A stretch of DNA of 23,305 nt, from the UHGV virus genome UHGV-0105868, one strand, 5' to 3'. The DNA comes from a virus. Positions 8,893 to 17,407 of this stretch are shown here, piece after piece. Position 1 is the stretch's first letter; every line of letters starts with the position of its first letter. Made by a program: the position numbers and the translations under genes. Under the pieces are notes generated by a model. That model made no database searches. It saw only the letters and a list, made by a program, of their open reading frames with translations, and had not been told where the DNA came from.

Positions 8893-9126
8893 ATGCGCAT
8901 TGAAATAATGATCGATAAAGAGCAGAAAATTAGCCAGTCTACCCTGGACGCCCTTGAATCCGAGCTTTACCGCAATCTGCGCCCCCTGTATCCCAAAACG
9001 GTAATTCGTATCCGCAAAGGTAGCTCTAACGGTGTGGAACTGACCGGACTGCAACTGGACGAAGAAAGAAAACAAGTGATGAAAATTATGCAGAAGGTGT
9101 GGGAAGACGACAGCTGGCTGCATTAA
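8893..9126 (+). CDS. DinI-like protein
   Basis: 77 aa, MRIEIMIDKEQKISQSTLDALESELYRNL…KVWEDDSWLH, resembling E. coli DinI (MRIEVTIAK…ALAGELSRR…ETWESADDWFVSE) in length and pattern. RBS GAGGTG. Confidence 0.75.
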   Translation: MRIEIMIDKEQKISQSTLDALESELYRNLRPLYPKTVIRIRKGSSNGVELTGLQLDEERKQVMKIMQKVWEDDSWLH

Positions 9127-9631
9127 GAAACGTTGCTGGCGTCTGAACTTGCTTCTGGCGTCAGCAAGGTTGAACAACGAGCTGTGCGAGGCGTTAGCCA
9201 TCTGATCAAAAGACATCAAATATCATATTGTATATCGTGGTTAAACGCTGGAAACAATCATTCCCGGTCAGAGGGGCTTCTTTCAATGTCCAAAAGAGTG
9301 AGATAGAGGATACAGGATGGGAAGAGCTTATGATGATTGTTCTTGGATTGACTTGGAATATTTGATGTCCATTATCTAATGGACTTGGTCTTGATAGTTA
9401 TCACGAAAGAGGAAGCCAACGTCATGTATTTGAAGAGTATCTCTTACCTTTTGATTAATTATTGTCCAAGTTTTTCAAAAGCTTCTTATCTGGCGGTCGA
9501 TACATGATTTACTGTTGGATATGGTATTTAAAATTAATCTTTACACTGTGGTATATGCAGAATAGGATATTATCAATACAATCAAACCGTTTTCATACGG
9601 TTGTTAATATTGCAATGTTATAGGTAATGTC

Positions 9632-10750
9632 ATGTATCTTTTCAAGTATTACCGTCCGGACTTCTTCTTCGAGAAAGCTATTCGTTATAATGAATTATAT
9701 TTTTCCGCTCCTGCGCAATTGAATGATCCTAATGATCTCAATATAGATTATCGTTTTGATAATAAATTGAAATTATGGGATATTTTATTGCGTTCTCCTT
9801 GCGATAAATCCTATGAAAATTTGAGTCACATATTAGATTTGAGTAATTTGAAGATACATAAGGGATTGAATCGTATTTTTAGAGGAAAAAAAATAAAAAG
9901 TAGCATTGAGTCATTAGATAGCCTGTTTGACTCACACGTTGATGAGATACGTAAGATCATAAATGATGGTTTACTACCTATCAATGTGATTAATTCCGCT
10001 ATTTATGGGAATATTCCTGAACCACGCCAATTTTTGGTCTCACTTTGCGAGAACAGTATCAAAGAAAGGTTGTATAGGAAAATAGTTCCTGCAGTATTCA
10101 GTGTGTCATTTTCAGCTAATGCGTTAGATCGTATGATGTGGGCGCATTATGCTGCAGGCTTTAGTGGTTGTGTTGTGATTTATGAAACGCAGGATTTTAA
10201 TATTAATGGCGTGCCACATCCTGGAATGAAGCTAAGAGAAAATTTATTTTCATCAGATAAATTTAATTTTCCAGTTAAGCAAATAAAATATAGTAATCAG
10301 GCTAAAGAGGTTTCACTTCTAGACCCAAGCGCAAATGTTGCAGAGTTATTTTTAACTAAAAATAGATTTTGGAGATATGAAGCTGAATATCGAATGTTTA
10401 TTCCAGAGGCAAATGCAGGAATAGGGAGTGAGCGGCATGTTCAAAGACGCGTAAATCGAAATATTGGACATATTTTTCATCATGATGCTAATGTTGTTAA
10501 AGGGATCATTTTTGGTCCTAGAATGTGTGAAATGAAAAAAGAAAGCATATGGAATTGTATCAAGTCAAATATGGAGAATTCAAATTCAACAATATGTTAT
10601 TTTTTTGACTCTGAGTTATCAGCATCAGGAAAGATTACTATTTCAAAAGGGCAACGAGCGGAAAAAATGAAAAATTTCCCTTTGTTCAGGAACAAGTTAA
10701 GTCAGACGGAAATGGCTAAAGTTTTGAAGGAAATTGGCATTACGAACTAA
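9632..10750 (+). CDS. AT-rich cargo protein (372 aa) with DUF2971-like N-terminal motif; candidate defence / abortive-infection gene
   Basis: Long ORF in a visibly AT-rich region, unlike the GC-richer phage backbone. N-terminus LFKYYRPDFFFEKAIRYNELYFSAPAQLNDPNDL and a later …SFSANALDRMMWAHYAAGFSGCVVIY… resemble the DUF2971 family signature as I remember it. Function unknown. Confidence 0.8.
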   Translation: MYLFKYYRPDFFFEKAIRYNELYFSAPAQLNDPNDLNIDYRFDNKLKLWDILLRSPCDKSYENLSHILDLSNLKIHKGLNRIFRGKKIKSSIESLDSLFDSHVDEIRKIINDGLLPINVINSAIYGNIPEPRQFLVSLCENSIKERLYRKIVPAVFSVSFSANALDRMMWAHYAAGFSGCVVIYETQDFNINGVPHPGMKLRENLFSSDKFNFPVKQIKYSNQAKEVSLLDPSANVAELFLTKNRFWRYEAEYRMFIPEANAGIGSERHVQRRVNRNIGHIFHHDANVVKGIIFGPRMCEMKKESIWNCIKSNMENSNSTICYFFDSELSASGKITISKGQRAEKMKNFPLFRNKLSQTEMAKVLKEIGITN

Positions 10751-10816
10751 CCTAACAACAGTGCATGCCTATGCTGCCTGAATTTGCATGACCGTTTGAG
10801 GATCGTTTTTGCTAAG

Positions 10817-10840
10817 GCCCGCCAGAACTGGCGGGCTTTT
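10817..10840 (+). terminator. Rho-independent terminator (gcccgcc-agaact-ggcgggc-TTTT)
   Basis: 7-bp GC stem, 6-nt loop and a T-run, 66 bp downstream of the 9632..10750 stop. Confidence 0.6.
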
Positions 10841-10885
10841 GCGTGGATCAGGCACCTGCATGAAAACCACTACACAAAGCGGGCA

Positions 10886-10904
10886 GGCGTGGCGGGGATA
10901 CGAG
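10886..10904. other. Candidate cos site (19-nt cohesive-end region GGCGTGGCGGGGATACGAG)
   Basis: The first 13 nt match the P2/186 cohesive-end sequences as I remember them (P2 GGCGAGGCGGGGAAAGCAC; 186 GGCGTGGCGGGGAAAGCAT). Sits in a short GC-rich block between the two AT-rich cargo genes, between gene A and the 3' end of Q, where cos lies in P2-like prophages. Confidence 0.4.
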
Positions 10905-11005
10905 CGCGCGCAACAGTGTAACAATCTGGATCTAATGTGATATAGTTACTGTAAATATTATTAATTATTCTTATATGCATTATTAAATATTTTAATGGAG
11001 CGTTT

Positions 11006-12679
11006 ATGGAAAAATATCAAGATGAGGAATATGTAGACGATTTAACTGAGCGTGTTTTTCTCATTAAGCAACAACTGGAAGCGGGAAAACTAAAAATAGC
11101 TCATCATCTTGTAGAAGGTTTTATTGAAAGTTTTAAAAGAATAAGGCTGCGACAGGATGGTAAAGTTGACCCTTCTACTGTTGATGGCAGAATAAGGGCT
11201 ATGGGAGCAGCGGTTAATCACTTTTTAGAAAGAGAAGATATAAAAAACAAATACTCTATTCAGGACTTGCAAAGTTCTTACTTTAATATTCTTTTTAGTA
11301 ATTTTGGCGAGTTGTTTTATCTGATGAAAAAAACTAATGCAACGCCACATAAAGCATCAAGTTTTTTTTCTCAACAAGAAGAATATGTTAAGCAAATAGA
11401 AGGTGTTTTTCCTGAGTTATATAATCAGGTAATAGAGTTTTGGCAGGTAACATCCGATATTGGTGTAATACATTTGCAGGATGGTTCTCAGTTTAAAGCT
11501 AATTTTTCTGGTGACTTATTTCCTGCATTTGATGAGAATGCTGTCTCTATTGCAGGGTTGTATGTTGATACTATTTCACTTCCATGTCCTATATTAAGAG
11601 TCGGTCGTCTCTATGAAAAGTCAGATAAGGCTGAGTTTACAAGGATACTTCTGAAGCATGTCCTAACATGTATGACATATAAAGAAGTAGCGCTTGAAGA
11701 TATAGAGCCAGCAATAGTATTAATTTTGCCGGATAGAAGAGATTTTGAAACTGAGAGCAAAAAAAATTTGATGAGTTTTTGTGAGCCTTATGCTCTGACT
11801 CATGCGCAATATCTCTATGATCGACGGTTCGAAAGCTACGATGAATTTCAAGATTTTAGTTATTCGATGAATGATATTGATGCTGTTCTTAAAAATATTA
11901 AGAGAGCAGATAGACTTATTTTTGATACAGCATGGGGGCTAAATCCAAAAACTCAATTAGAAAAACTACTATCTGATAAAAAAAGAATATCACGTAATGT
12001 TGTTGGTGATCATGCTGGAATGGAGGTTTTCCTTTCCTGCATTGGAAGAATGCCGCAAGCCTATTCAGCAAAATGTAATGCACAAGAACTTGGTAGTACT
12101 CCATATATAAATGCAGACACATCTTGGCTCTATTATACTTGGCTTATTGAGTACGAATCTCTTAATTTTGATGTCAATGATATTGAACTAAAAAATTTGC
12201 ATATGGTTCATGCGTTATCTGCTGGTATGCAAGATGGTTTTTCATGGTTAGGAAATGTACCGGTCAATAAAATAATTGAGTTGAGACGTAACAAATTGAT
12301 GGAGGATGTAAGATCCATCTTATCAAATGGTGTTGACTCTTTAATCAATTCTTCGGCAGAGAGCTTTTCGAGGACAACGCAAAAAGTAATTGATAATGTA
12401 GACCGGGCTTTTATTGAACATCAAAGGATTCTTGCAAAAGCCCAAAAAGAGAAATTGAGAATTTACGGACTGGATGTCCTACCATGTATCGCAAATGGTG
12501 CTATAGCAATTGCTGGAGCGCTGACTGGCAATACTACTTTAGCGGCGTTAAGTGCAGGCCTTGGAGTAATAGGTATTCCGAGTATTAGTGATATCAAATC
12601 TAAATTTAAGCAGAGGCAAGAGAAGCTTGATGCCTATCAACGTTCTGTTACAGGTATACTCTTTAGCCATAAATCTTAA
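11006..12679 (+). CDS. AT-rich cargo protein (557 aa), unknown function, C-terminal hydrophobic Gly/Ala-rich segment; candidate defence / abortive-infection effector
   Basis: Long AT-rich ORF with a GGAG RBS. No motif recognised in the mostly soluble-looking body. Near the C-terminus is a hydrophobic stretch, …LPCIANGAIAIAGALTGNTTLAALSAGLGVIGIPSI…, long enough for one or two membrane helices. Confidence 0.8.
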   Translation: MEKYQDEEYVDDLTERVFLIKQQLEAGKLKIAHHLVEGFIESFKRIRLRQDGKVDPSTVDGRIRAMGAAVNHFLEREDIKNKYSIQDLQSSYFNILFSNFGELFYLMKKTNATPHKASSFFSQQEEYVKQIEGVFPELYNQVIEFWQVTSDIGVIHLQDGSQFKANFSGDLFPAFDENAVSIAGLYVDTISLPCPILRVGRLYEKSDKAEFTRILLKHVLTCMTYKEVALEDIEPAIVLILPDRRDFETESKKNLMSFCEPYALTHAQYLYDRRFESYDEFQDFSYSMNDIDAVLKNIKRADRLIFDTAWGLNPKTQLEKLLSDKKRISRNVVGDHAGMEVFLSCIGRMPQAYSAKCNAQELGSTPYINADTSWLYYTWLIEYESLNFDVNDIELKNLHMVHALSAGMQDGFSWLGNVPVNKIIELRRNKLMEDVRSILSNGVDSLINSSAESFSRTTQKVIDNVDRAFIEHQRILAKAQKEKLRIYGLDVLPCIANGAIAIAGALTGNTTLAALSAGLGVIGIPSISDIKSKFKQRQEKLDAYQRSVTGILFSHKS

Positions 12680-12685
12680 TGTAGA

Positions 12686-12710
12686 GGGCCGAGGTATTCG
12701 GCCCTTAGTT
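12686..12710 (+). terminator. Rho-independent terminator (gggccga-ggtat-tcggccc then T-rich) between convergent genes
   Basis: 7-bp GC-rich stem and 5-nt loop followed by ttagtttta, immediately after the 557-aa ORF stop and before the Q stop. Confidence 0.55.
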
Positions 12711-13742
12711 TTATATGAAACTGTATGGCATGAATTTTATTATGTCATCTTTGAGCCATTTATTGAGTTCTTCTATTCTGTTTTGTAGCGGTATCAATTC
12801 ATTACGCATAAAAACCTTACTAGCCTTCTCCACATCCCCAAATCCCCCAACATTATTCGGTATTATCCCCATCATTTGCGGCGGCACTCGGTGTGCTGCC
12901 ATCATGTCATCCCGGCTCACGTTCTTGATATTCAAAAATTCATCCTTTGCCGCGACTTCTGACAGAGGAATAATCTGAAGCCCGTCCTTTTTGCCGTTAG
13001 GCGAGTACATAAACAGGTTGCGGAAGTTGCCAGGGCCTTTGGCGCTTTTCATCGCATTGCGGAGGTTGTTCACGTCCTCCTGGTTCTGCGCGGCATCGGT
13101 CATGTACATGATGAAGCCAGCATGACTGCCGTTAATGTAATACTTTCGGCGGAACAGCGTGGCGGACTCGTTGAGCAGGGCTGACGGAATGGCAGAAAGA
13201 TAACCGGGCAGGCCGTAGATCTCCTGGTTGATGTCCGGTTCCATCAGATGAAAGATGCTGCCTTTCGTGAACTGATATGGCTGCGTGGTCATACCGTATT
13301 GCACAAACCAGTAGGTATCCAGGTCTAACCCGCGTCGGGTGTATTTTGCCAGGGCAGGTTCAAGGGCGATAACTTCACCGAAGCGGTTCGTGCGTTTCTC
13401 CAGGTAGGCGTTACCAAATACCAGATAGTCCTGAACAAAACGCGAAAAAGCCTGCTGGCTGAGCAGCGGGTGAGGGATGTAGGTGCTGGTCAGAATGTTG
13501 CACTTTACTGCAATCGGGGAACTATGATGCACGGCAGCGCGGAAGGTGCGCGCCAGTCCGTCAAAGCTGACGGGCGGTTCATACCAGCGGTCCATCTGTA
13601 CGCATTCCACATAATCCAGCAGTTCTCGGCGGTCCAGAACAGGAACGGGATCGCCGAAGCTGAATGCTTCGGCTGTAGTTTGACTTTTAAGCTGGATCTG
13701 TTTCGTCGCCGCAGCGCGGTTCTTCTTACTCTTTCCCATCAA
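12711..13742 (-). CDS. Q: Portal protein (P2 gpQ-like)
   Basis: 343 aa at the P2 gene Q position and orientation (3' end toward cos, divergent from the head genes). Confidence 0.85.
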   Translation of the reverse strand: MMGKSKKNRAAATKQIQLKSQTTAEAFSFGDPVPVLDRRELLDYVECVQMDRWYEPPVSFDGLARTFRAAVHHSSPIAVKCNILTSTYIPHPLLSQQAFSRFVQDYLVFGNAYLEKRTNRFGEVIALEPALAKYTRRGLDLDTYWFVQYGMTTQPYQFTKGSIFHLMEPDINQEIYGLPGYLSAIPSALLNESATLFRRKYYINGSHAGFIMYMTDAAQNQEDVNNLRNAMKSAKGPGNFRNLFMYSPNGKKDGLQIIPLSEVAAKDEFLNIKNVSRDDMMAAHRVPPQMMGIIPNNVGGFGDVEKASKVFMRNELIPLQNRIEELNKWLKDDIIKFMPYSFI

Positions 13743-15343
13743 AAAATCTCCACAATATTGCTGGTATTGGCGGATTCGCCCTGCAGCGGTTCGTTAAACA
13801 GTGCGTGCATCGTTGCCCAGGCCAGATCGGCGTGGCTGGCTTCTTCGCTGCGGCTGGCTTCATAGGTCGGGCGGTTGCCACTGGCGGTGGTGGCGCGACG
13901 GATTGCCATAAAGGACTGCGCTATGTCGGTGTGTCCGGCGTCAAACTCCAGACGGCGGTGGCTGATAATGTCGTAGGCCTTGAGTACCAGGGCGTTTTTA
14001 ACGTTGGGGTTGTAGACAAACTCCCGGACGGCAGGAAAAAACGCTTTCACGTTCTCGTAAACCCCGTGACCAACGCCGGTTGAGTCGATACCGATATAGG
14101 TCACGTTGTACTGTTCGGTCAGTTTTTTGATGGCGTCAGCCTGGGCGCGGAAGTCCATCCCGCGCCACTGGTGACGCTCAAGAATGCGGAACTTACCACC
14201 CGGCACGGCTGGCGGTGCCACCACCACGCATCCGGCGCTGTCGCCGTTTTGCGTGCCTTTTGCCGGGTCATAACCGATCCACACTTCGCGCCAGCCAAAC
14301 GGGCGCAGCGCCAGTGCATGAAAGTCGGTCCAGACTTCCCAACTGTCCACCATGCACGCCTGCAGCTCGCTGAGCGGAAACACGGACGCGAGATCGTCCA
14401 CAAACTCGCACATCAGCAGGTTCTGGTATTCATCCGGGCTGTACTCCATGCGTAGCTGGTCGAGGTCGAACAGGTTACAGCCGCCGCGTACCGCATCTTC
14501 CACGGTGACTATCTGGCGGTATTGCCCGTCTGCGCACAGCAGGCCGGGGGCCAGATTGCTGTGGGACAGGTCGATGTCCACCTTATCGGCTTTGTTGCGC
14601 CCACGGTTGAACAGCGCACCGGACCAGAACGGATAAGCACTGTGTGTCAGACTGGATGGCGTGGAAAAATAGGTTTGTCGCCATTTTTTGTGAATAGCCA
14701 TACCGGAAGCCACTTTGCGCAGCTCCTGAAATTTCGGTATCCAGAAATATTCATCCAGATACAGGTTGCCGTGATAACTCTGGGCCGTGCGGGCATTGGT
14801 GCCGAGGAAATACAGTGTGGCCCCGTTGGGAAGCACCATCGGATCGCCTTTCAGCTCCACCTCTACTTCTTTGGCGAAGTCGATGATGTACTGTTTAAAG
14901 ACGTGGGCCTGTGCCTTACTGGCGGAAAGGAAAATCTGGTTACGTCCGGTAAGCAGGGCGTCAATCAGGGCTTCACGGGCAAAGTAAAAGGTCGCGCCGA
15001 TCTGGCGTGACTTCAGCAGGTTGCGGATGCGGTTGGTTTTTCCGGCTTCCCACCAGTGGCGCTGGTAGTTGAACATGGAGGAATGGAAAATTTCTTCCAG
15101 CTTCTCAATCTGTTCATCGGTGAAAACGTTCTTTTCCGGCTGACGGCGTGGGCCTTTGTTGCGGTTGGCGACGTTAGGGTTTAAGTCGGCTTCGTTGCCG
15201 CCATTGTTAAACTTGCCGATCCGCGCATGGCGCTCCGACTGGCGCGCCAGCAGGTCAATCTCTTTGAAATCTTTCCCTTCTTTGTGCTCCTTCATAATGA
15301 GCTGGCAGTAGCGTGCGGCGGTGGTGAGCTGCATCTGATCCAC
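13739..15343 (-). CDS. P: Terminase large subunit (P2 gpP-like ATPase/nuclease)
   Basis: 534 aa with a Walker-A-like …LLKSRQIGATFYFA… region. Start overlaps the Q stop. Start is GTG or a nearby ATG. Confidence 0.85.
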   Translation of the reverse strand: MDQMQLTTAARYCQLIMKEHKEGKDFKEIDLLARQSERHARIGKFNNGGNEADLNPNVANRNKGPRRQPEKNVFTDEQIEKLEEIFHSSMFNYQRHWWEAGKTNRIRNLLKSRQIGATFYFAREALIDALLTGRNQIFLSASKAQAHVFKQYIIDFAKEVEVELKGDPMVLPNGATLYFLGTNARTAQSYHGNLYLDEYFWIPKFQELRKVASGMAIHKKWRQTYFSTPSSLTHSAYPFWSGALFNRGRNKADKVDIDLSHSNLAPGLLCADGQYRQIVTVEDAVRGGCNLFDLDQLRMEYSPDEYQNLLMCEFVDDLASVFPLSELQACMVDSWEVWTDFHALALRPFGWREVWIGYDPAKGTQNGDSAGCVVVAPPAVPGGKFRILERHQWRGMDFRAQADAIKKLTEQYNVTYIGIDSTGVGHGVYENVKAFFPAVREFVYNPNVKNALVLKAYDIISHRRLEFDAGHTDIAQSFMAIRRATTASGNRPTYEASRSEEASHADLAWATMHALFNEPLQGESANTSNIVEIF

Positions 15344-15354
15344 TGGACCGCATC

Positions 15355-15987
15355 ATGATCGGCTTTAACGGCGTGAAGCGTGCGAAAACCTCCAACCGTA
15401 GCGAAAAACCGCTGCTGCAGGATGTGAACAAAGGCTGGCTGCAGAAAATCCGTGAAGATGCACCGGATCACGTCATGGGCAGCACCACCACGGGCGGTGA
15501 AACCACACCGGGAGCGGTGAAAGTCGGGAAAGGTGGCGAATATGCCAACCTGGACGCCGTGGTGATGGATGCCGTCAATGAGCTTATCGATGTGGTCTAC
15601 CAGGACGATGACGATCTGGTGGTGATTTGCGGTCGTGAACTGCTGTCTGACAAGTATTTCCCGCTGGTCAACAAAGAGCAGGAAAACAGTGAAAAACTGG
15701 CTGCCGATATGATCATCAGTCAGAAACGCATGGGTGGCCTGCAGGCCGTGCGTGCGCCGTTCTTCCCGCCGAATGCACTGCTGATCACCCGTCTGGATAA
15801 CCTGTCCATCTACTGGCAGGAAGACACCCGCCGCCGCTCAGTTATCGACAACCCGAAACGTGACCGGATTGAAAACTTTGAATCCGTTAACGAAGCCTAT
15901 GTGGTTGAGGACTACCGCTGCGCCGCACTGGTGGAAAACATCCAGATTGGCGACTTCAGCGCCGCAGCAGCAGAAACCGGAGCGTAA
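15355..15987 (+). pseudogene. N: Major capsid protein fragment (C-terminal ~210 aa of P2 gpN-like); scaffold gene O and capsid 5' region absent
   Basis: MIGFNGVKRAKTSNRSEKPLLQDVNKGWLQK…LITRLDNLSIYWQED… matches the C-terminal two-thirds of P2 gpN as I remember it (…IMAGFNGVKRAETSDRS…). It begins only 11 bp from the divergent P start, leaving no room for gene O or the N-terminal ~145 codons of N. Confidence 0.7.
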
Positions 15988-15990
15988 TTC

Positions 15991-16641
15991 ATGAGCCTGA
16001 GTCCCGCACGGCAGCATCGCCTGCGCGTTCAGGCTGAACAGGCCGCCCGCGAGGGCGGCAGCGTTCGCCACGCGTCGGGCTATGACCTGATGCTGCTGCA
16101 ACTGGCGGAAGACCGCCGCCGTCTCAAGGGCGTTCAGTCCACGGTCAAAAAAGCGGAAATCAAGGTGGAGCTGCTGCCGAAGTACGCCGCCTGGGCGGAG
16201 GGTGTCCTGGCTGCCGGAGGCGCTCAACAGGATGACGTGCTGATGTACGTGATGCTGTGGCGCATTGATGCCGGAGATTATGCCGGGGCGCTGGAGATCG
16301 GGCGTCACGCCCTGCGTCATGGCTGGGTGATGCCGTTAGGTAACCGCAACGTGCAGACCGTGCTGGCAGAGGAAATGGCAGATGCAGCCCAGAGCTCAAT
16401 GCTTGCCGCCACCGGCTTTGATGCCGATCTGTTGCTGCAGACCCTGGAGCTGACAGACGGTATGGATATGCCGGACCAGTCACGGGCGCGTCTGCATAAA
16501 GCGATTGGCGCTGTCCTGAGTGAAAGAAATCCGGCGTCTGCCCTTAATCATCTCAACCATGCGTTACAGCTCGATCCCCGCTGTGGCGTGAAAAAAGACA
16601 AACAGCAGCTGGAGCGCAGACTGCGCAATGACAGCCGCTGA
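15991..16641 (+). CDS. M: Terminase small (endonuclease) subunit, P2 gpM-like
   Basis: 216 aa; MSLSPARQHRLRVQAEQAAREGG…VLMYVMLWRIDAGDYAGALEIGRHAL… resembles P2 gpM. Confidence 0.8.
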   Translation: MSLSPARQHRLRVQAEQAAREGGSVRHASGYDLMLLQLAEDRRRLKGVQSTVKKAEIKVELLPKYAAWAEGVLAAGGAQQDDVLMYVMLWRIDAGDYAGALEIGRHALRHGWVMPLGNRNVQTVLAEEMADAAQSSMLAATGFDADLLLQTLELTDGMDMPDQSRARLHKAIGAVLSERNPASALNHLNHALQLDPRCGVKKDKQQLERRLRNDSR

Positions 16642-16736
16642 CAGAACGTGCCCCCGCGCACGGGCGGCACGGGGCGGCGAAAGGCACTGCCACATCAAAA
16701 CCCCGTCCACCGCCCTCTATTTCAGGAGAAAGCAGC

Positions 16737-17201
16737 ATGAAGTTTGTTGCGCCAGAACAGGCACCGGAACAGGCGGAAATCATCAGGAATACGCCGTTCT
16801 GGCCTGATGTGGACCTGTCGGAGTTTCGCAGTGTGATGCGCACTGACGGCACGGTGACGCAGCCGCGTTTAAAACAGGTTGCCCTGTCGGCAATTTCGGA
16901 GGTCAACGCAGAGCTGTATGAGTTTCGCAGACGCCAGCAGATGCTGGGGTATGCCTCGCTGGCAGAAGTCCCGGCGGAACAACTGGACGGCAAAAGCGAG
17001 CGCATTCAGCACTATTTCAACGCGGTTTATTGCTGGGCACGCGCCATGCTCAACGAACGTTACCAGGACTATGACGCCACGGCATCCGGTGCGAAGCGAG
17101 GCGAGGAACTGGCGGAAGCAAGCGGTGATTTATGGCGTGACGCCCGCTGGGCCATCAGCCGGGTGCAGGATGCGCCGCACTGCACAGTGGAGCTTATCTG
17201 A
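16737..17201 (+). CDS. L: Head completion/stabilisation protein (P2 gpL-like)
   Basis: 154 aa in the gene L position. AGGAG RBS. Confidence 0.8.
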   Translation: MKFVAPEQAPEQAEIIRNTPFWPDVDLSEFRSVMRTDGTVTQPRLKQVALSAISEVNAELYEFRRRQQMLGYASLAEVPAEQLDGKSERIQHYFNAVYCWARAMLNERYQDYDATASGAKRGEELAEASGDLWRDARWAISRVQDAPHCTVELI

Positions 17202-17404
17202 TGAAAGTGCGTGCGCATCAGTATGACACGGTGGACGCACTTTGCTGGCGTCATTACGGGCGCACGCAGGGTGTCACGGAGCAGGTACTGAAGGCAAATC
17301 CGGGGCTTGCCGAATACGGCCCCTTTTTACCTCACGGGCTGCAGGTGGAGCTGCCGGACATTCCGACAACCACCACCGTGCAGACCGTCCAGCTATGGGA
17401 CTGA
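17201..17404 (+). CDS. X: Tail protein X (P2 gpX-like)
   Basis: 67 aa, the same length as P2 gpX, in the gene X position. Confidence 0.8.
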   Translation: MKVRAHQYDTVDALCWRHYGRTQGVTEQVLKANPGLAEYGPFLPHGLQVELPDIPTTTTVQTVQLWD

Positions 17405-17407
17405 ATT

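Noticed and set aside
8821-9126. N-terminally extended DinI-like ORF (MNSWQKSEATNTT…)
   Set aside because: The extension overlaps the upstream gene and is unlike DinI. The DinI-like sequence starts at MRIEIM… (8893), which has its own RBS.
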